DNA of 62,974 nt, counting the filler, from Myxococcota bacterium (GTDB lineage Bacteria > Myxococcota_C > UBA6777), in the NCBI GenBank assembly GCA_023150835.1. It is 9 parts of 9 records of this genome, joined end to end, with 100 filler letters (N's around TTAATTAATTAA, not from the genome) between each part and the next. Parts side by side here need not be neighbours in the genome. Positions count along the whole stretch, not along the records: positions 27,150 to 32,528 come from JAKLKB010000216.1; positions 32,629 to 37,926 come from JAKLKB010000217.1; positions 38,027 to 48,318 come from JAKLKB010000041.1; 6 more parts are not named here. One strand, written 5' to 3'. The position numbers were made by a program, and so were the translations under genes. Positions 30,418-40,709 of the stretch are shown here, in pieces (the first letter of the stretch is position 1; every line of letters starts with the position of its first letter). Below the pieces are notes generated by a model. It did not search any database and was not told the DNA's origin. It saw nothing but the letters and a program-made list of their open reading frames with translations.

Positions 30418-31290
30418 ATGCGGACCTTGATCGCTGGATGTGGGTATGTTGGGAGCGCGTTGGCGCAAGAACTCGTGCTTTCGGGGCATACCGTGTGGGG
30501 GCTGCGCCGCGATCCTGCGGGTCTGCCCGCAGGATCGCGTCCTCTTGCTGCGGATCTGACCCAAGCAGAGACCTTGCGATCGCTTCCAAGCGATCTGGAC
30601 TTCGTGATCTATGCGGCTTCCGCAGGAGGGCGTCGCGAAGAAAACTACCGCGCCGCTTATGTCGATGGTTTGCGCTGCTTGTTGACCGCTCTTGCCCCCC
30701 AACGCTCGTCGATCCGACGTGTCCTCTTTACCTCCAGCACCAGCGTCTATCCGCAAGATGACGGATCGTGGATCGACGAAGAAACGCCCGCAACACCGAC
30801 GCATTTCACAGGCGCGCTGCTGCGTCAGGCAGAAGATCTGCTCTGGGATAGCGGCTTTTCTGCTGTGGTCTTGCGACTTGCGGGGATCTATGGACCCGGG
30901 CGTTTCCGTTTGATCGAGCAGATCACAAAAGCAGAGGCGCGTTGCTCAGAAGGGCCTCCGCGCTACAGCAATCGTATCCATCGCGACGATTGCGCGGGGG
31001 CTTTGCATCACTTGATGCAGCTTCCCCATCCCAAACCCTTGTACCTTGGGGTGGATGATGCTCCTGTCGATATCTGCGAAGTGCAGCGGTGGATCGCAAC
31101 ACAACTCGGACAACCCCTTCCTCCCACCGTTTCAGAAGAACAAGCACCCCCGATCCTTCGCGCCAACAAACGTTGCAGCAACGCTTTGCTGCGCAAAAGC
31201 GGATACTCCCTTCGTTATCCTTCTTATCAAGACGGATACTCCGCTATCTTAGACGAATGGCGCAGGATATCCCCCGTCCCTCCGCTCTAA
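30418..31290 (+). CDS. atypical SDR / NAD-dependent epimerase-like protein
   Basis: IAGCGYVG, FTSSTSVY, LRLAGIYGPGR, NRIHRDD, YPSYQDGY. Confidence 0.88.
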   Translation: MRTLIAGCGYVGSALAQELVLSGHTVWGLRRDPAGLPAGSRPLAADLTQAETLRSLPSDLDFVIYAASAGGRREENYRAAYVDGLRCLLTALAPQRSSIRRVLFTSSTSVYPQDDGSWIDEETPATPTHFTGALLRQAEDLLWDSGFSAVVLRLAGIYGPGRFRLIEQITKAEARCSEGPPRYSNRIHRDDCAGALHHLMQLPHPKPLYLGVDDAPVDICEVQRWIATQLGQPLPPTVSEEQAPPILRANKRCSNALLRKSGYSLRYPSYQDGYSAILDEWRRISPVPPL

Positions 31291-31299
31291 ACATACCAC

Positions 31300-32001
31300 C
31301 TAGTACCAGATCTCCATCCGCAACCCTCTTTCATCGCAAGGCGGAGCCTCCGGTACTCGCGAGGCTTTGCCTTGGTTGTACTTCCAAGCCACCCACGCCA
31401 GCGCACAAGCATCAAGGATATCTTCTACACCAAAGTATTTCCTCTCGGTTTGGACCCGTAGATCTTCGCATAGCGCCCGCACGTTTGAAAAAAAACCGTC
31501 TGTGCGCTGTTCTAAAAGCTGAATGCGCTGATTTTGCCCAATCTGCGAGCGTTTGTGTGTAACAAGCGGCTCGCCATGCAGCGCTGAAAACACCATCTCT
31601 GGATGTGCTTCGACGATCCGCTCTTGTAGATCGGGCGTCATGGTCGTGTCGAGATCGCGGATCTTCGGCCAGATCAAAAAACTTTGACGACTTACACCGA
31701 GTTTCCTCACCACCTCGTAGTCTTGAAGCTCCAGCCAAGCCCGTAGCGGCGGCGAAAATAAGGCGCTGCTGCGTTTCCCAAGCAGCTTCCGCCCCATCCG
31801 ATCGGCTTCTCGTCCGCCCTGTGCTTTCTGCTCGGGTAAACCGATCGGCATATCTACCGCACAGGCCGCTGCTGTCGGGTAATGTTGTAAGATATCCGTC
31901 ATACTGCGAAATACGCTCGCAGAAGCTGCTCCGCTTGACGAAGGAAGCTGTACAACAAGCCATCCTTCTCGACATCCATCTATTCCGAGAACCTCCGTCA
32001 T
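31300..32001 (-). CDS. DUF429-family predicted nuclease
   Basis: GIDGCREGW, VDMPIGLP, GREAD, EAHPE, EDILDA, RGLRMEIWY. Confidence 0.85.
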   Translation of the reverse strand: MTEVLGIDGCREGWLVVQLPSSSGAASASVFRSMTDILQHYPTAAACAVDMPIGLPEQKAQGGREADRMGRKLLGKRSSALFSPPLRAWLELQDYEVVRKLGVSRQSFLIWPKIRDLDTTMTPDLQERIVEAHPEMVFSALHGEPLVTHKRSQIGQNQRIQLLEQRTDGFFSNVRALCEDLRVQTERKYFGVEDILDACALAWVAWKYNQGKASRVPEAPPCDERGLRMEIWY

Positions 32002-33091
32002 CTTTTGCCCTCGCTATCTGTTGAAATCTCGCTTTTCAGAGTGGATGCGTCTGTGCTTTTGGGCGACGCCTAGGAGACATTTGCGATTTCAGATGCGACT
32101 TGCCGTTTTTTTGATTCTGAATCAATGTTTTTTTTTACCAAAAAAGCAGCGACTCGTTTGGGCACGGATCGATGGAACGCCGCTTGCCAAAAAATCCCCA
32201 CCGCCGCTTGCCAAAAAATCCCGATGCTCGTGGTATACCGAGCGGAGCCGCCGTTCGTGATATCCCAAGCGCAGCCGCCGCTGGAGAAAAAACGTCTGTT
32301 CGCTCCGCCGATACGGGGTGAAGGGAGCCGCGCTCCCTTCCGGGGTGTGGGGCAGCGCCCCATAGGCGTTAGGTGAAGCGGAGGAAAGCCCCCCACCCCA
32401 GCCCTCCCCCGTGAACAGGGGAGGGAGCGAAAGTCGGAAGCAGCGGGGATTTTGTTTTTTCATGACACACGCTGTATGCACGACGCGCAGACGCTGCCCG
32501 TTCCAACTTCCCCCCGTTCACGGGGGGANNNNNNNNNNNNNNNNNNNNNNNNNNNNNNNNNNNNNNNNNNNNTTAATTAATTAANNNNNNNNNNNNNNNN
32601 NNNNNNNNNNNNNNNNNNNNNNNNNNNNACCGCTGAAAAAGGCAGCGTCCATGTTGTTGAAGTCCTTGCGTCCGAGCTATCAGGGGTCATGTTCTTTGCT
32701 CCTTTGTGGTGAGGGCGAATTCTTGGTTACTTTGGAAGTCGATCTGCTCATTTTTTGGGGCGCTGCCCCATGCCCCGCAAGGGAGCGCATCTCCCTTGAC
32801 CCCGTATTTGGCGAAAAGATCACAGGTTTTTCAAGACAACGGCTTCGTCGCTTGATCGGATGCGAACACGGGTTTTTGGGAGCCGACTGCGCCGCTCTTC
32901 TCTTCTTGGATGAGAAATTCTACAAGTATCGGGGAGATTGGGATGGTGGGTGGAAAAATATTTTCTTTTTCCGAGGGAGTGGCTTATCTTCGTTGGGGTT
33001 TCTGTGTTTGCTTTGTCACAAAGGCTCTTGATCCAAGGAGAAAGCGATGTCGAAGCCAAAGAAGATCCGAGGTTGTCAAGATGGGGGTTAA

Positions 33092-33409
33092 ATGAAGGGG
33101 TGGGTGCGCGTGGCCCAAGAGTCGGAGGTGATCGCCGCAGGCCGTCTCGTGGTTGAGATCGGCGATGCGCGGATCGCGCTGTTTTCTATCGCAGAGCAAC
33201 GCGGGATCTACGCGATCGATGATCGTTGCCCGCATGTGGGGGCTTCGCTTGCGGGTGGAAAAGTCGAAGGGCTGGTGGTTTCGTGTCCGTGGCATCATGC
33301 GCGCTTTAGTCTTACGACGGGGGCGAACCTGTCCCCACCCGACTTTGGGCCTGTGCGTGCGTACCCTGTGCGCGTCGAAGAAGGCTACATCGAGATCCTT
33401 TTGCCATAA
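33092..33409 (+). CDS. Rieske [2Fe-2S] ferredoxin
   Basis: CPH...CPWH ligand motifs. Confidence 0.92.
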   Translation: MKGWVRVAQESEVIAAGRLVVEIGDARIALFSIAEQRGIYAIDDRCPHVGASLAGGKVEGLVVSCPWHHARFSLTTGANLSPPDFGPVRAYPVRVEEGYIEILLP

Positions 33410-33429
33410 GTCCACGAAAGCCTCGGCGC

Positions 33430-34410
33430 TCACAAAGGAAGGTGTTTTCCAATGTAGCCCACGAATATCTCTTTTTTCTGTGGAAGAGGGAAGAAGTGAA
33501 TGCGGCGACCATTTCCCAATTTTAGGTGCCAGAAGCATTCGTAGGTGCTGCCTTCTGGGGCAGAAAATCTTCGTTTCGAGCGGAGATGTGGGTTGTTTTT
33601 GACGCTATCTGATTCGTCTGATGCGTCTTTTAATGTGGGGTGTTGGATATCGAATTCGCCTGCTTGTCTTTGCTCTGCGTAATGGTTGAGATCCGCTAAC
33701 CTGTCAACGGTTTGACCGAACAATTTCCCTCCGCCCATTTGCGAGATCGATTGTTCGCTTTCTTTGCTCCAGATCAAATAAGGAAAAAATCGGTCAAATT
33801 GTCCAGATAAATCTCTACCGATCTGTGGGGGAGGGAGGCAGTTGTTTTGCAAAGATTCTTTGAGTGCATCGATATGCGCTTCTTTGCTGGCGTGGTGGAT
33901 CTTGGCTTCTTCTGTGTGGAGTTCGCCTTGTTCGCTGAAGCGTTGCAACGTTGCGGTGATGCAGTGTGTTTCCCACCGTTCGGCGGTTGGGAAGCTGACC
34001 GCGACACCTCGAAACGCATGCGCGGCAGAGAGACCGGCGGCGCTTCTCTGATCGAGCGAGATCTCCGATTCGGCGTGGCGTGTGGCGTCACCGTGTTCGG
34101 AGGATGGATCGTAAATTGGTGTTCTTGTTGCGAAACTAAGAAGAAAATCTCTTTTTCTCTGTTCGAGATGGTGGATCGACTCTTGGAGCGGATAGTCTTT
34201 CGCCAAGCGCGTTTCTGCATCGTAAAAGGATACGCTGCTTCTGAGCAGGAGACTGTTCCAATAACGACCCCTTGTGTCTTTCAACCAAGTATCGAAAGCC
34301 AGCAGCACCGAGACGAATGATTCCATTTGAGAGTGAGCGGCTTGTTTGTCGGTCTGCTGTTCACAATCTCGTAAGCAAAGTTCGTTAAAGGCGAGATTAA
34401 GTGCGCTCAT
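33430..34410 (-). CDS. putative Menshen-like effector (NsnC position)
   Basis: Start overlaps the ATPase stop; C-terminal WHLKLGNGRRIHFF...IFVGYIGKHL suggests a RelE-like nuclease fold (inference). Confidence 0.6.
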   Translation of the reverse strand: MSALNLAFNELCLRDCEQQTDKQAAHSQMESFVSVLLAFDTWLKDTRGRYWNSLLLRSSVSFYDAETRLAKDYPLQESIHHLEQRKRDFLLSFATRTPIYDPSSEHGDATRHAESEISLDQRSAAGLSAAHAFRGVAVSFPTAERWETHCITATLQRFSEQGELHTEEAKIHHASKEAHIDALKESLQNNCLPPPQIGRDLSGQFDRFFPYLIWSKESEQSISQMGGGKLFGQTVDRLADLNHYAEQRQAGEFDIQHPTLKDASDESDSVKNNPHLRSKRRFSAPEGSTYECFWHLKLGNGRRIHFFPLPQKKEIFVGYIGKHLPL

Positions 34411-35570
34411 CGTCGAGCGTCCTTTTGGGCGGCAGCTTCTGCACGCAACAAGTCGCCAAGCCCTTCTGTGATCTCGTCAAAAAAGCCTTTGGGCCAAGGT
34501 TCGATGTGCCCTGCGTGGTCGATTTGAGGAGATTCTACCCAAGAGAAGCTTTCTCCTTCCTCGGACACGCGCTCGATAAAGTGAAGGGCGACTTTTTCGG
34601 GAGGTAACCCGCCTTGGGCGACTTCTAAGCGGATGCCGTTGAGGATGTGATCGCTGTGTGATTCGACGAGGATCTGGATGCCGACGGAGGCAGCTTTTGC
34701 GAGCAACCGCCCAAGCTGCCGCTGGCCGCGTGGATGTAAGTGAGCTTCTGGATTCTCGATGATCACCAGATCGTTTGGTTTGGAGGACAAAAGCGCGACG
34801 ATCACGGGAAGGGTGTAGGTGATCCCGAAGCCGACGTGGGTGGCTCGATATCTCTTGGTCTCTGTTCCGCCCTTCACATGGAAAGCATAGCGCATTTGGA
34901 TTTGATCGAGGCTGGGGTGTGCTTCCAAGCGCAAGCGTGTGCCGGGGCATACTTCGGACATCCAACCTTCCACTTGATACTTTAATTCATTTCTGCCTTC
35001 ACCTGGATAAAGTAGCTCTTTTCTTTGGATTTTGTCTTCTCCGTAAAGAGACAGAAAGTGCGCTGTAAATTCGCCGCTGGTTCCAAGATTTCTTTGCGTT
35101 GAAACCATGAGATCAGAAAACCCATAAGAGACGCGAGGACCAATGCGTTCGGCATGGAGCGTTAGGCAAGAGGAGTCCGAGAAAAGACTCAAACCTCGGA
35201 GCGATTCTTCATTCGGGCAAGAAAGTAGTTCCAAGTAGCGACTTTCGAGCTTTTCTTTCGAGAAGCTAGGGATCGAGAAAACCCATGCAGCTTCGCCATT
35301 TTCCCAAGACAGGCCGAGTACGCCCTCGTCTTCGACCGCATATTCGTAACGCACATCTTCGACTGTTCCCAATTTGGCAAGATCGCCCTGCAAGGAAAGC
35401 CCGGGTTTGGGGAGGCTTTTTTGTTGGTAGGACTGGCGCAAAACGAGAAGAGCCTGAAGGATCGAGCTTTTGCCTGCACCGTTTTGGCCCGAAAGCAAAG
35501 TCAAGGCACCAAGGGAGAGTTCTTGATCTACGAAAGATTTCCAATTTTTTAATCGAATGCTTCGCAACAT
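34407..35570 (-). CDS. ABC/AAA_21 ATPase with DUF3696 (NsnB-like)
   Basis: GQNGAGKS, GFGITYTLPVI, IIENPEAHLHPRGQ, ESHSDHILNG, WPKGFFDE. Confidence 0.88.
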   Translation of the reverse strand: MLRSIRLKNWKSFVDQELSLGALTLLSGQNGAGKSSILQALLVLRQSYQQKSLPKPGLSLQGDLAKLGTVEDVRYEYAVEDEGVLGLSWENGEAAWVFSIPSFSKEKLESRYLELLSCPNEESLRGLSLFSDSSCLTLHAERIGPRVSYGFSDLMVSTQRNLGTSGEFTAHFLSLYGEDKIQRKELLYPGEGRNELKYQVEGWMSEVCPGTRLRLEAHPSLDQIQMRYAFHVKGGTETKRYRATHVGFGITYTLPVIVALLSSKPNDLVIIENPEAHLHPRGQRQLGRLLAKAASVGIQILVESHSDHILNGIRLEVAQGGLPPEKVALHFIERVSEEGESFSWVESPQIDHAGHIEPWPKGFFDEITEGLGDLLRAEAAAQKDARR

Positions 35571-35580
35571 AAGTTTCCCT

Positions 35581-36816
35581 TTATTTTTTTGAGAGATACG
35601 CAACCAAGGCCAACGTGCCGATGCCAAGCAAGCCACCAACGAGCAAGTCTTGTTGTTGTTTTTCTTCGATGAAGGTTTTTTCTTGCTCTATTTTTACTCG
35701 AAGGCTTTCAATCAAGCCGTCAAGGTACGCAGAGGAAGCCTCTTCAATTTGCCCCATCCACTCGAAAAGCCGATCTTCGTTTTTTTGATTTGTGGGCGGA
35801 GTGGTTTGGGCGATCTCCATTAAAGCCAAGCCGACCCCTTCTCTTGTGTGGGCTGCTTTGGGCAAATGGGCGATCAACGCTTGTTGTTGGAGTGTGTCCT
35901 CTGCTTTTTGAAGAAACGAACGTACTTGTGTGTTGGAGGCCAGTTCTCGTGCGATTTGATTGGGGAAGGCAGTGGAGTGGGCTTGCAAGCGTCGAATGAT
36001 CGCATATTTGGCTTGGCGAGCGGAGCCTTTTTCGATGGTGTGAAGCGTCCAGCGGCTTTCGAGTATCTTTCTTTGGAGGGGGCGTGGCAATTCATCGTAA
36101 GATTTGCCTTCGTATTGCGGGAAAAATTCGAGTCCTTGCAAGGTTAGAGATTTGTCGACGAGAAAGGAACGGCAGGATTGGACTCTTTGTTCTCCGTCAT
36201 AAAGCAGCCAGTGATCGTCCTGTTGAACGCCGAGCCAGATCGGCGGCAGCGGGAGTGCAAGCATCAAAGATTCGATCCATCGGCTTTGTGCGATTGCAGA
36301 CCAGAGCGTGTTGGTTTGCGACTCTGGAAAAAGCTCAAAGCGCGTCAACCATTTTTTTCTTTTGATATGTTCCATGATCTCGCCGAGTGGGATCAGGCGC
36401 GTTTCAAAACGTAATTCAGCGAGGTCCTCTCTATCGACGGGTTCTGTGGGCTGGATCGGCTCTTGGGGGGAAGTGGATAATTGCAATTGCTCAAAAGCGT
36501 TTTGCAGGGCGGACAGAGACTGTTCCTTGTCGAGGTTCGTTGTGGGGTCTTGCAATGTGCGAAGTGTGTCGATGAAATATTCAAGGCGATCCAATGGCTC
36601 GCTTTGGAGCATCTTTGGATTGGAAAAGCTTTCGCGAATCAGAGAGATGAATTTTTCTTGGATTTTTTCGCTGCGTTTTTTTAGTAGTGTAAGAGGCTCT
36701 TTCTTCAAGGTTTTTCTCACGTTCGCGAGGTACGTGGTCGCTGAGGGGTCCCGTCCGTGGATAAGGAGCAGGCATGAAAGATCGCAGAACGTAGCCTGAG
36801 CAAGCGGGAAAAGCAA
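35581..36816 (-). CDS. DUF262 (ParB-like) domain protein, divergent, with C-terminal hydrophobic tail (NsnA-like)
   Basis: WSAIAQSRWIESLMLALPLPPIW...YDGEQRV...LQGLEFFPQYEGKSYDELP; start codon uncertain. Confidence 0.75.
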   Translation of the reverse strand: MLFPLAQATFCDLSCLLLIHGRDPSATTYLANVRKTLKKEPLTLLKKRSEKIQEKFISLIRESFSNPKMLQSEPLDRLEYFIDTLRTLQDPTTNLDKEQSLSALQNAFEQLQLSTSPQEPIQPTEPVDREDLAELRFETRLIPLGEIMEHIKRKKWLTRFELFPESQTNTLWSAIAQSRWIESLMLALPLPPIWLGVQQDDHWLLYDGEQRVQSCRSFLVDKSLTLQGLEFFPQYEGKSYDELPRPLQRKILESRWTLHTIEKGSARQAKYAIIRRLQAHSTAFPNQIARELASNTQVRSFLQKAEDTLQQQALIAHLPKAAHTREGVGLALMEIAQTTPPTNQKNEDRLFEWMGQIEEASSAYLDGLIESLRVKIEQEKTFIEEKQQQDLLVGGLLGIGTLALVAYLSKK

Positions 36817-36831
36817 GGGATAGTGTTGGGG

Positions 36832-37926
36832 TCAAGGCTCTTTGACGCAGCGGAAACCCACCCAACTAAGCCCTTGGCGAAGTTCGATTCGCCCGCGCCA
36901 ATCGAGTGGATGTGCTTGACTAAAGGCAGAGCCTCCTTTGATCAGACCGTCACGCATCATCTCGGCGACATTTCCTGCAAGCATCTGAACTCCAAAGGGG
37001 CTGATATCGCCAAGTGGTCGATGGATCGGAAGAAGAGAAGGCACTTGAACGCCATTGCGCTGTACGGGAAAGCACCAGTGCAGGTTAGCGCGCTGGCAGT
37101 CGTGTTTGTTTTCGCCCCAAGGATAGGGGCGTTTGGGGAAGGGATTGGGGCCGTTTGGCAAGCGAAGAGAGCCACGCGCAGCGATCATCCATTGCGCCTC
37201 GGTGGGGAGGGTCATGTTTCGCCATCGACAAGCGGCTTGCGCATCTTTGACACGCAAACGATCGCGAGGAAGGCTCCAAGACAAAGCAAAGAGATCGTCG
37301 AGTGGTGGGCAGCGACCTGCCACCGCACAAGCCGCATAATAGGCCCGATCTGCTTCGTCTCGGTCGATCGAAAAAGGGGCGACTTGTTGGAGCCGTTCTT
37401 TGCCGTCGTAGGTGATCCAGACTTCGCCCGAAGGGATCGGTATCTGTGGGATGTTCGGCGGGACGGATGGGGTGGCATCGCGTAGAGGCTCTTGGCAAAA
37501 GGGAGCGAGCGTTGCTCCCCCGCGTTGCAAGAGCCGACAGATGTGGACCAATGAGGCGCGATAAAGAGGCTCGGGGGTGTTTTGGGCGACACGCAACAGA
37601 TCGATCCAGACCATCGCTTCCAAGATCTGCAAAAAAGGCGCATCGGTGGGCAAGATCGCAGCGGTTGGGGGAGGATCGGGGAGGATGATATCTTTGGGGA
37701 GGTGAGCGAGTAGGCGGGGCGGCTGATCGGCGGTTTTGGCGAAGAGGGCGGTGTTGTTGAAAGAAATTAGCGTACGCAAGCGAAAGCCTGCTGGAGCGGG
37801 ATGATCGAAAGAAAAAGACTCGGGCAGGCGAGGTTGTTGCGAGGCAGCAGGAGAAAAATGGGTAGGAGTCGGATCTGCCGATGGGATGGGGGACTTGGGG
37901 GACGAATGACTCGAATGCTTTGAGTT
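36832..37926 (-). CDS. FGE-sulfatase (SUMF1/CLec) domain protein, 5'-truncated by the gap
   Basis: FSIDRDE, LPTEAQWMIAARG, YPWG, SPFGVQMLAGNVAEM, KGGS, GFRCV; frame open to the fragment edge. Confidence 0.85.
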   Translation of the reverse strand, partial: NSKHSSHSSPKSPIPSADPTPTHFSPAASQQPRLPESFSFDHPAPAGFRLRTLISFNNTALFAKTADQPPRLLAHLPKDIILPDPPPTAAILPTDAPFLQILEAMVWIDLLRVAQNTPEPLYRASLVHICRLLQRGGATLAPFCQEPLRDATPSVPPNIPQIPIPSGEVWITYDGKERLQQVAPFSIDRDEADRAYYAACAVAGRCPPLDDLFALSWSLPRDRLRVKDAQAACRWRNMTLPTEAQWMIAARGSLRLPNGPNPFPKRPYPWGENKHDCQRANLHWCFPVQRNGVQVPSLLPIHRPLGDISPFGVQMLAGNVAEMMRDGLIKGGSAFSQAHPLDWRGRIELRQGLSWVGFRCVKEP

Positions 37927-38026
37927 NNNNNNNNNNNNNNNNNNNNNNNNNNNNNNNNNNNNNNNNNNNNTTAATTAATTAANNNNNNNNNNNNNNNNNN
38001 NNNNNNNNNNNNNNNNNNNNNNNNNN

Positions 38027-38536
38027 TTTCGCGTTTTCGTCAGGCTGGTTTGCCTCGGTAGATGGGGCTGTTTTGTCAGACTTGTTTGCTTCGGTAGATG
38101 GGGCTGTTTTGTCAGACTTGTTTGCTTCGGTGGATGGGGCTGTTTCGTCAGGTTTGCCTTGCGTGGGCTTATCATCTTTCTTGTCGGTTTTCAACCCTTC
38201 AACTTCGGCGAGTTTGGGCATTTGAAAGACGCGGATCTTTTCGGTGTCAAGGCTGAGATGGAAGACTTCTTTGTCGTGAAAGGCTTGAACGGCTTCGCAG
38301 ATCTGAGAGAACAGTTCGATGCACCAGTCAGCAGAGAAATCGGCGGTGGGTTGAAGGTAGTGTGGCAGGGGCAAGCCTTCGACTTCATCTGGATCTTTCG
38401 GCTTTTTTGCCTCCTCGCTTTTTCCGCCCCCCAAGGAGATATCGCCCCCGCCTCCTCCCGAAGCATGGCCGAGTGCGCCTTCTTCGGCTTGGGTCGAAGA
38501 AGCAGGTCCAAGAGGCTCTTTTTGGCGCGTGTTCAT
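38027..38536 (-). CDS. pseudokinase-like protein, 3'-truncated, with 36-bp repeats
   Basis: FSQICEAVQAFHDKEVFHLSLDTEKI; (D)KTAPSTEANKS repeats at the gap. Confidence 0.6.
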
Positions 38537-38612
38537 CAGAAAAAAACTCCCTCGTGTAAAAAGCCTGTTGCAGCGGCTTGGACGTGTGCGTTGTCGATCG
38601 AGATCCGCCGAA

Positions 38613-40709
38613 TCATCGTGGATCTTCCTTGTCTTTTTCAAGACAATAATCGGGCGGTAAGATCTGCATCTGTTCTTTTTGCATCGAAAGAACGAACGGC
38701 CCCGTTTGTCGGCGAGTCACGCGAAAGACGCAGCGCACAAAGTCTGGGTGAGACACAAGGATCTGTCCTGATCTTGCGGGCAAACAGAACCCAAGCGGAA
38801 TCTTCTTGGCTTGGCCTTTTTCCGAAGTGATCGTGATCTGTTCTGCCTGCTCTTTCAGAACTTTCAAGCGGATCTTTGGCGCAGGGCAAGCCTGCTGGGC
38901 TTTGCGCTCTTCTTCGGCTTGGGCGGCTTTCACCGCCTCGGCCTTACGCTTTTCCTCGATTTGAGCGGCTTTCACCGCTTCGGCCTTACGCTTTTCCTCG
39001 ACTTGGGCGGCTTTCACCGCTTCGGCCTTGCGCTTTTCCTCGACTTGAGCGGCTTCAAGAGCGATCTGCTCGGGCGTTTTGATCGCTCGCGAGGACAAAG
39101 CCGCCTCTCCACGAGCGCGTTGGATCACGCGCTGAACCGCAGGCACTTCGGCGACAACATCCGCTGCTTCGCCCCCTCCCATCGCCCCAATCGCCACCCC
39201 AGCAGCCAACAAAGCCGCTTTTGTAGCCACCGCAATCGACGTAGAGATCACCGCCGATGTCGCCGCCGATGAGATCGCCGCTGATGTCGCTGCTGTAGCC
39301 GCTGCTTGCGCCGCAGCCGCCGAAGCCGCGACCGAAGTTGCGGCTGTTCCCGCTGCTTGCGCCGCTGCCGCCGAAGCTGCGACCGAAGTTGCGGCTGTTC
39401 CCGCTGCTTGCACTGCCGCCGCCGAAGCTGCGACCGAAGTTGCGGCTGTTCCCGCTGCTTGCGCTACCGCCGCCGAAGCTGCGACCGAAGAAGCGGCTGT
39501 TCCCGCTGCTTGCGCTGCGACAGCACTTGCGACCGAGGCAGCGGCGCTCGAAGCGGCTGCTGCGGTGGAGGCAGCAGAAAGAGAAGAGGCCGCAGCAGCG
39601 GCAGATTTTGCAGCCGCTGTGCTGTAAGCAACGGTTGCTGCTTGACGGACAGCGGCTTGGGCGGCTTGTTTGGCGATCTCCTGCATGGCTTGTTGGGCGG
39701 CTTGCTTGGCGACTTGTTTGGCAGCTTGTTTGGCGGATTCTCGGGCGGCTTGCTTGGCGGCTTGTTTGGCACTTTGCTTGGCGGCCTGTTTGGCAGATTC
39801 TCGGGCGGCTTGTTGAGCCGAATCTTTGGGTGCTTTGGGTCTGGCGAAAAGCTGCTTAATGTAAAGAGAAAGCTCTTTGATCACGAAGCTCTTCATCTTT
39901 TTCTTGAGATACTTGACGAGCTTCTTTTTGACGGTTTTGCGAAAGTCTTTCCATTTGAAGGACTTGGGGCCTTTGGCGATCTCGTGTGCTTCTTTGAGCG
40001 CGGTCAGGAAGTGGGCGACGCTTGGATGTCGGTCTTCGCGGTCCGCCTCGACAGCTTTTTGGAGAACTTCGTCGAGTCCATCGAAGTATTTGCGTTCGGG
40101 GCAGATCTCCGCGAGCGGAGGAGGCGGGATCTGCAAAGGGATCTGTCCTGTAAGGGCTTCGTAAAAGATGATGCCAAGAGAGTAGACGTCGGCACGTCCA
40201 TCGAGAAGAACGTCGGGATCGGCAGCTTCGGGGGGAGCGTAAAGTGAATCGGGCGGGTGGAGCGGTTTGGGGGGAGGCGGGAGGGCGTCTGGGTCGTTGG
40301 GATCGTTTTTTGGGGGCGGTTCGAGGTCGATCACGTCGGTGAGTTTGGGTTCGGGAAGAAGGCGGATCTTTTCAGGAGTGAACGCCGCATGGATGAAGTC
40401 ATTTTTATGAGCTTCTTCGACTTTTTTGCAGATCTGCTCGAAGAAAGCATAGCACCACAGCGCGGGTTGAGGTTGCTTCATCCACTCCGATAACGGCTTT
40501 CCTTTGGGCTTTTTAGGGGGGTCTTCTTTGGGGGCATCTGGTGTTTGGGCGGTCTCTGCGACGGTGTCGGATGTGGTGTGGCTTGGAGGCGCTTGGACGG
40601 GATCGTTGTCCGCGTGGGTGCGGGGATTTGGCGATTGGATGGGGTCGTTGTGGGTGTGGTGGGTTTGACCTTGTGGGGGGTTTGCGGAGGATGGGGGCAT
40701 TGAGGTCAT
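38613..40709 (-). CDS. kinase C-lobe-only pseudokinase with Ala-rich and coiled-coil repeats
   Basis: FEQICKKVEEAHKNDFIHAAFTPEKI, YAPPE, ADVYSLGIIFYEALTGQIP, DREDR; AAGTAATSVAASAAAAQ and EEKRKAEAVKAAQ repeats. Confidence 0.8.
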   Translation of the reverse strand: MTSMPPSSANPPQGQTHHTHNDPIQSPNPRTHADNDPVQAPPSHTTSDTVAETAQTPDAPKEDPPKKPKGKPLSEWMKQPQPALWCYAFFEQICKKVEEAHKNDFIHAAFTPEKIRLLPEPKLTDVIDLEPPPKNDPNDPDALPPPPKPLHPPDSLYAPPEAADPDVLLDGRADVYSLGIIFYEALTGQIPLQIPPPPLAEICPERKYFDGLDEVLQKAVEADREDRHPSVAHFLTALKEAHEIAKGPKSFKWKDFRKTVKKKLVKYLKKKMKSFVIKELSLYIKQLFARPKAPKDSAQQAARESAKQAAKQSAKQAAKQAARESAKQAAKQVAKQAAQQAMQEIAKQAAQAAVRQAATVAYSTAAAKSAAAAASSLSAASTAAAASSAAASVASAVAAQAAGTAASSVAASAAVAQAAGTAATSVAASAAAVQAAGTAATSVAASAAAAQAAGTAATSVAASAAAAQAAATAATSAAISSAATSAVISTSIAVATKAALLAAGVAIGAMGGGEAADVVAEVPAVQRVIQRARGEAALSSRAIKTPEQIALEAAQVEEKRKAEAVKAAQVEEKRKAEAVKAAQIEEKRKAEAVKAAQAEEERKAQQACPAPKIRLKVLKEQAEQITITSEKGQAKKIPLGFCLPARSGQILVSHPDFVRCVFRVTRRQTGPFVLSMQKEQMQILPPDYCLEKDKEDPR

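Noticed and set aside
36832-36945. FGE-sulfatase gene 3' end as the DGR variable region
   Set aside because: It differs from TR at many non-adenine positions (GGA GGC TCT GCC versus GGT GGC AGT TGG), so it is the right fold but not a TR-derived VR; it is also on another contig.
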